Below are positions 34,748-35,001 of a stretch of DNA of 35,001 nucleotides, one piece after another; within the stretch, counting starts at the first letter, position 1, and each line of letters begins with the position of its first letter. This stretch comes from a virus (lineage: Duplodnaviria > Caudoviricetes). A program made the position numbers and the translations under genes. The notes under the pieces were generated by a model. That model was not told where the DNA came from and searched no databases. It was given only the letters and a program-made list of their open reading frames with translations. The stretch spans positions 1 through 35,001 of the IMG/VR virus record IMGVR_UViG_3300027142_000285; one strand, 5' to 3'.

Positions 34748-35001
34748 TTATTGTGGGGTTGATGTTGCAGGCGGCGGACTATCTGGATCTTCTGCTACAG
34801 TTTTAGTTTGAGTCACAGGTGACGGAATAACGCCTCTTTCAACATCCCATGCGCCGCGTTCGACTTTTGATGCACTAAAATGCATTGCGTCACTTATTTT
34901 TCTCCATTCGCCTCCCCATCCCAATCCGTGCTTGGCTGCTATTGCTCCAGTATTGGGTGGCATGTCAGTCGGTGTAGGTACTCGTTTAGGTTTGTAATAC
35001 C
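34748..35001 (-). CDS. C-terminal part of an M15-family Zn peptidase-containing protein (probably baseplate hub/spike associated); 5' end outside the window
   Basis: The frame is open to the window edge (YYKPKRVPTPTDMPP...). TDMP...KHGLGWGGEW...DAMHF motif. Confidence 0.75.
   Translation of the reverse strand, partial: YYKPKRVPTPTDMPPNTGAIAAKHGLGWGGEWRKISDAMHFSASKVERGAWDVERGVIPSPVTQTKTVAEDPDSPPPATSTPQ

Larger units (their letters stand above)
1..35001 (-). mobile_element. Segment of a large myovirus (T4-like/jumbo-type) phage genome: baseplate/tail-fibre module plus adjacent modification operon
   Basis: Co-oriented gp25-, gp6- and gp7-like baseplate genes, tail-collar fibre, virion muralytic domains and TAAATA late-type promoters. 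No host housekeeping genes. Confidence 0.93.

Noticed and set aside
34748-34963. 71-aa standalone ORF starting MPPNTG
   Set aside because: The frame is open to the window edge and the Met is internal to the TDMP motif. It is the tail of a longer gene.
1-35001. Stop-codon reassignment as in some large phages
   Set aside because: Genes are intact under code 11. TAA, TGA (e.g. 29658, 9094) and TAG (593) all act as stops at coupled junctions.
1-35001. tRNA, rRNA, CRISPR arrays, intrinsic terminators
   Set aside because: Intergenic spaces are under ~60 nt, and I saw no cloverleaf, spaced repeats or convincing GC hairpin plus U-tract.

Overview
This AT-rich window is a fragment of a large contractile-tailed (myovirus, probably jumbo) phage genome. 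It uses the standard code and every credible gene is on the minus strand. In transcription order (35001->1) the structural module runs: a partial M15-type peptidase C-terminus, a lambda-lysozyme-like muramidase, gp25-like and gp6-like baseplate wedge proteins, and a 4571-aa gp7-like multidomain baseplate protein. Next come a 203-aa conserved structural protein, three paralogous tail-fibre-type proteins (one with a tail-collar domain split by a -1 frameshift, one with a C-terminal peptidase-G2-type chaperone domain) and two paralogous Ser/Thr/Gly-rich virion proteins. Directly downstream is a perfect TTGACA-17-TATAAT promoter overlapped by an 8-bp inverted repeat. It precedes a tightly overlapped 9-gene operon: a hypothetical protein, two paralogous GT-A glycosyltransferases, a second hypothetical protein, a third GT-A enzyme, three N-terminal-Twitch/SPASM radical SAM enzymes and an SGNH-like esterase/acyltransferase. 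This operon is the best candidate for an undescribed system, namely a phage-encoded glycan building and radical-tailoring pathway next to the tail apparatus. Structural genes are preceded by T4-late-like (A/G)TAAATA boxes. I saw no RNA genes, CRISPR arrays, inteins or transposases. Family calls come from motif recognition by eye, not database searches.
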